A stretch of DNA of 64,000 bases, from NCBI GenBank assembly GCA_049325335.1, contig JBMOMC010000043.1:341852-405851 (forward strand), written 5' to 3'. Position 1 is the stretch's first letter; each line of letters opens with the position of its first letter. Shown in pieces: positions 61,026 to 64,000 of the stretch. The notes under the pieces are model-generated. The model saw only the letters and a program-made list of their open reading frames with translations. It ran no database searches and was not told the origin of the DNA. The stretch comes from Nitrospirota bacterium (GTDB lineage Bacteria > Nitrospirota > Nitrospiria > 2-01-FULL-66-17). The position numbers and the translations under genes are program-made.

Positions 61026-61235
61026 TCAGCCGAACACCATCCACGCCGTGGTCAGTCCCGCGGCGAAGCCCATGACCAGGATCGTGATCACGGCGATCAC
61101 GCCCATGGATCCCGCGGTCTCCAGCGCTTCGACCACGGCCTGTTGGCAGCAGCGCGCCGTTGGTTTCGGGACGGCGTGCGTTGCGGTGTGGATGATCGTG
61201 GAGTCAAATACCATCGGGGATGCCGCATGGCCCAT
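61026..61235 (-). CDS. Small hypothetical membrane protein (69 aa, C-terminal TM)
   Basis: RBS AAGGAG 6 nt before ATG; hydrophobic C-terminal helix; fills the intergenic gap. Confidence 0.55.
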   Translation of the reverse strand: MGHAASPMVFDSTIIHTATHAVPKPTARCCQQAVVEALETAGSMGVIAVITILVMGFAAGLTTAWMVFG

Positions 61236-61416
61236 GAGGAGCTCCTTGGTGATCCCGCGGGCAAGAGGCCCGTCGGGTGGTGGCTACTGTCCGCGGGTTG
61301 ATCATAATTCAAGGCCCATGCCACGGAAATCCATGGTTGTGGTGGCTCCGACCGTGTCCGGCGACGGAAATGTGGCGGAAGTTGGGGCTTTGTGACGGAT
61401 ATTCGGCGTCGCCGGA

Positions 61417-62541
61417 TTACGCCGCGGTCCGGGCTCGGATCAGCGCGATAAAATGCCGCGCCAAACGTTCCTCGAAATGCGTGCCGATCCGGGTTTCCAG
61501 CATGGCGATGATGTCTTCGGACGGGCGCGAGTCCTGGTACGGGCGGTTGGTGCGCAGCGCGTCGTAGAAGTCAGACAAGGAGGTCAACATGCTGCACAGG
61601 TGTTGGGTACGCGGGCGCGGCAGCGCCGGGTACCCCGACACGTTGTACAACATGTGGTGTTCGTACGCGACGATGGAAGCCAACTTCGGGATGTTGGGGT
61701 TGCGCAGCAGCAGGATCGAGCCGGAGATTGGGTGTTTCTTCATCTCTTCGTATTCGTGCGGCTCCAGCTTGCCGGCTTTCTTGAGGATGTGCGCCGGCAC
61801 CAAGGTCTTGCCGATGTCGTGCAGCATGGCGGCCACGCCGAAATCGTGGATCAACCGCTTGGGTACGCCGAGCGATTCGGCTTGCGCCATGGTCAGGATC
61901 GCGATGTTGATGGCATGGGTGTACGTGTATTCGTCGTAACTCTTGAGGCTAGCCAGCGAAATCAGCGACGATTGATTGGCGAACAGTTGATCTTCCAGCA
62001 CCCGCATGATGTGTTCGACCTGATCCATCACCAGGCCCTGGATCTCGTCCCAGCCCTCGAAGATCTCTTGGAGCGCGTTCACCTGCGGCGACAAGTCCAC
62101 GTGCGCGGGTTGCGCGGACTGCGTCGGGGTTTGGCTGCTGATTTTGCCGGTTTGGACGTGGGGCAGGGCCGGGATCGCGCCGGCCGCCAGCCCTTCGACT
62201 AATGCCAGCAACTCGTGGCCTTCCAGTCCCTTGGTCAACACGAGGAGTTCGATCTGTTGAAGTTTGAGCTTCGCGCGCAGATCGTGCGCCACCATTTCCA
62301 ATTCTAGACTGCGGACGTCGTCCACGAAAAGGCGATCGTCGAGCGCCACGATCCGGATCTCGTCGCGTTCCTCGAACAACCCGCCCAGGCTGCAGACCAA
62401 TTCGTTCGACGCTTCCCGGAGCTGCGGGTGGGAGGGCGGATACAACGACCGGCCGCGCAGCACGCGGCTCAATTGTTTGAGCAGGCGATACCGCGGGTCC
62501 GCGGCGATGGCGGACATCGACCACTCAGGCAGTGCGCCCAT
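61417..62541 (-). CDS. HD-GYP domain phosphodiesterase
   Basis: DEYTYTH, LHDIGK, HP, EHH..SGYP, D.YDAL..RPY. Confidence 0.9.
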   Translation of the reverse strand: MGALPEWSMSAIAADPRYRLLKQLSRVLRGRSLYPPSHPQLREASNELVCSLGGLFEERDEIRIVALDDRLFVDDVRSLELEMVAHDLRAKLKLQQIELLVLTKGLEGHELLALVEGLAAGAIPALPHVQTGKISSQTPTQSAQPAHVDLSPQVNALQEIFEGWDEIQGLVMDQVEHIMRVLEDQLFANQSSLISLASLKSYDEYTYTHAINIAILTMAQAESLGVPKRLIHDFGVAAMLHDIGKTLVPAHILKKAGKLEPHEYEEMKKHPISGSILLLRNPNIPKLASIVAYEHHMLYNVSGYPALPRPRTQHLCSMLTSLSDFYDALRTNRPYQDSRPSEDIIAMLETRIGTHFEERLARHFIALIRARTAA

Positions 62542-64000
62542 AGGTCTCCGACACCATCAGTCGATGTCTGCGCAGCGCCTCGCGAGCGGCCTTGCGGATC
62601 GCGGCTTGCTTGGGCAGGTCGAACAGGAGAAATCGGCGGCGTTTGGCCAATCGACTCAACAACGCGACGCAGGAAGGGTCTTTGCCTCGCGCCAACGCGT
62701 CGATAATCTTGAGCTTCCGCGGGTCCGACAGCCGCCTGTCGTCGGATTCAAACAGGTCCCGCAGCCGGTCCACGACTTTGGGGGTGGGGCGCTGACACAA
62801 GATGCCGATGGCGCAAGTCGCGACCCGTTCATCCGCGTCGAACGTCGCGGAGGCGAAGAGGTCGAGCGCGTGGTCCATGTGCGAGATCTGCCCGAGCGCC
62901 CGCAGCGTTTCGATGCGTACCTGTTCGCTGGTATGGTCGGCGAACGGGATGATCTTGGGCGCGGCTTCCGCGACCTTGGCTTCTCCCAGCAGCAAAATCA
63001 TGTTGCGCACTACGAACCACCGTTCGTCGTTGAGCGCGGCCATCACCGCGGGCGCGATCGGGCGGCCGATGCGCGCGAGGATATCGAGCAGGCGTTTACG
63101 CAACACCATGTCTGGCGCGTTGTTGAGGATATCGAGCAGCGGCCGCACCACGGGTTGACCGATCGTGACCAAGTGATCGGCCACGGCGGCCCCGCGAGTC
63201 TTGTCCAATTTGGGTAAGGCCTGCACCACCGGCGTAATCACGCGGGTCATGGTGGTCTGGAGGGTGTCGCGAGCCGAGGGATCGTCCGATGGAATGGTGG
63301 TGAGCGCGTCGAAGATCTGAAAGGCCATGTCCGCATGGTCATGGACCAGGGGATCCTCGATGGCGCCCGCCAACCGCTCGATGAGTTCCGACTGATTCGG
63401 GGAGGCCGTGGGATGTTGCAGCAGTTCGGCCATGACCGTGACCAAGTGGGAATGAATCTGCGCGTCGCCGACCGGATCCACCAAGTCCGAGACCGGATCG
63501 TGGGGAATCGGCCCGCCGGCCGCAACGCCGGAGAGTCCCTTGATGGTTTTTTCGTAGTTTTCGGGGTAATAATTTTTTTCGGCCTTTTTGTGGAACAGTT
63601 CCGCATACAAGGCGTGGCGGTCGGCCAAGTCGAGACTGTCCAGGTGTTCCATAATGGAGGGTGCCAACTCGGGCCGCTCCCGGCTGACGCTCACGAATTT
63701 GCGGAGCAGTTCCAGGGTGGGGACGGAAATCGCGCCGTGATGCGCCTGGATCTGACAGAGCACCTCCAGCAACACGGGCTCGGATAACTGATCGAGCACG
63801 GCGACCAAGGCGCCGGGCCCCCGGCTCTCCGGGGTGAACGCCAGACGGAACAGCCGTTCCCGGACCGCCGGGTCGAGTCGTTCGATCAACGCGGCCAATC
63901 GTCGGCGTTCGGCTTCGGGCAACACGGCCGCGCGCGTCGCGCCGGTGACCGGGTCGCGCAGGGGCGCCGCGAGGCGCTGGAGGTGTTCGAGCACCAGCCG
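62525..64000 (-). CDS. HEAT-repeat protein (5' end beyond the window)
   Basis: LNDERWFVVRN..LLGE and VRIETLRALGQI repeats; overlaps the HD-GYP start; the frame is open to the window edge. Confidence 0.8.
   Translation of the reverse strand, partial: RLVLEHLQRLAAPLRDPVTGATRAAVLPEAERRRLAALIERLDPAVRERLFRLAFTPESRGPGALVAVLDQLSEPVLLEVLCQIQAHHGAISVPTLELLRKFVSVSRERPELAPSIMEHLDSLDLADRHALYAELFHKKAEKNYYPENYEKTIKGLSGVAAGGPIPHDPVSDLVDPVGDAQIHSHLVTVMAELLQHPTASPNQSELIERLAGAIEDPLVHDHADMAFQIFDALTTIPSDDPSARDTLQTTMTRVITPVVQALPKLDKTRGAAVADHLVTIGQPVVRPLLDILNNAPDMVLRKRLLDILARIGRPIAPAVMAALNDERWFVVRNMILLLGEAKVAEAAPKIIPFADHTSEQVRIETLRALGQISHMDHALDLFASATFDADERVATCAIGILCQRPTPKVVDRLRDLFESDDRRLSDPRKLKIIDALARGKDPSCVALLSRLAKRRRFLLFDLPKQAAIRKAAREALRRHRLMVSETYGRTA

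Overview
High-GC bacterial chromosomal window; the gene complement resembles Nitrospirota-type genomes, but that is an unverified impression. (1) 1-22.3 kb is the most unusual part. A TonB-type receptor / periplasmic binding protein / double-kinase hybrid sensor / NarL-type regulator operon is followed by a candidate sRNA and a pseudo-receiver LuxR protein. These precede two tandem, paralogous ~1100-aa secreted pentaheme c-type cytochromes that are disulfide-rich, have an odd number of non-heme Cys, and carry a DxDxDG motif and a C-terminal Ig-like domain. Next come a propeller-LolA-like-DUF3105 fusion and a TPR lipoprotein, then a convergent operon of a Reg_prop propeller and two FGE-fold proteins lacking the catalytic Cys. 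Together these look like an uncharacterised envelope redox system. (2) 22.4-46.5 kb holds housekeeping and stress genes: uvrA, mutS2, perR-ccp, an M48 peptidase, a NUDIX hydrolase, a Ca/cation antiporter, a trehalose/osmotic operon with a membrane-sensor-fused OtsA, rnd, fumC, a diguanylate cyclase, tRNA-Leu(UAA) and TIGR03546/TIGR03545. (3) 46.6-55.9 kb is a defence island: AAA/DUF4143 ATPase, type III R-M mod/res, a probable stub of an earlier R-M gene, frameshifted YhcG and a DprA/SLOG-like protein. (4) 55.9-64 kb has an orphan groES, a peptide ABC SBP plus permeases, and HD-GYP and HEAT-repeat genes. Several genes appear to be transcribed as leaderless mRNAs. No CRISPR array, rRNA, integrase or transposase was seen. 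All family assignments are by eye from motifs; no searches were run.
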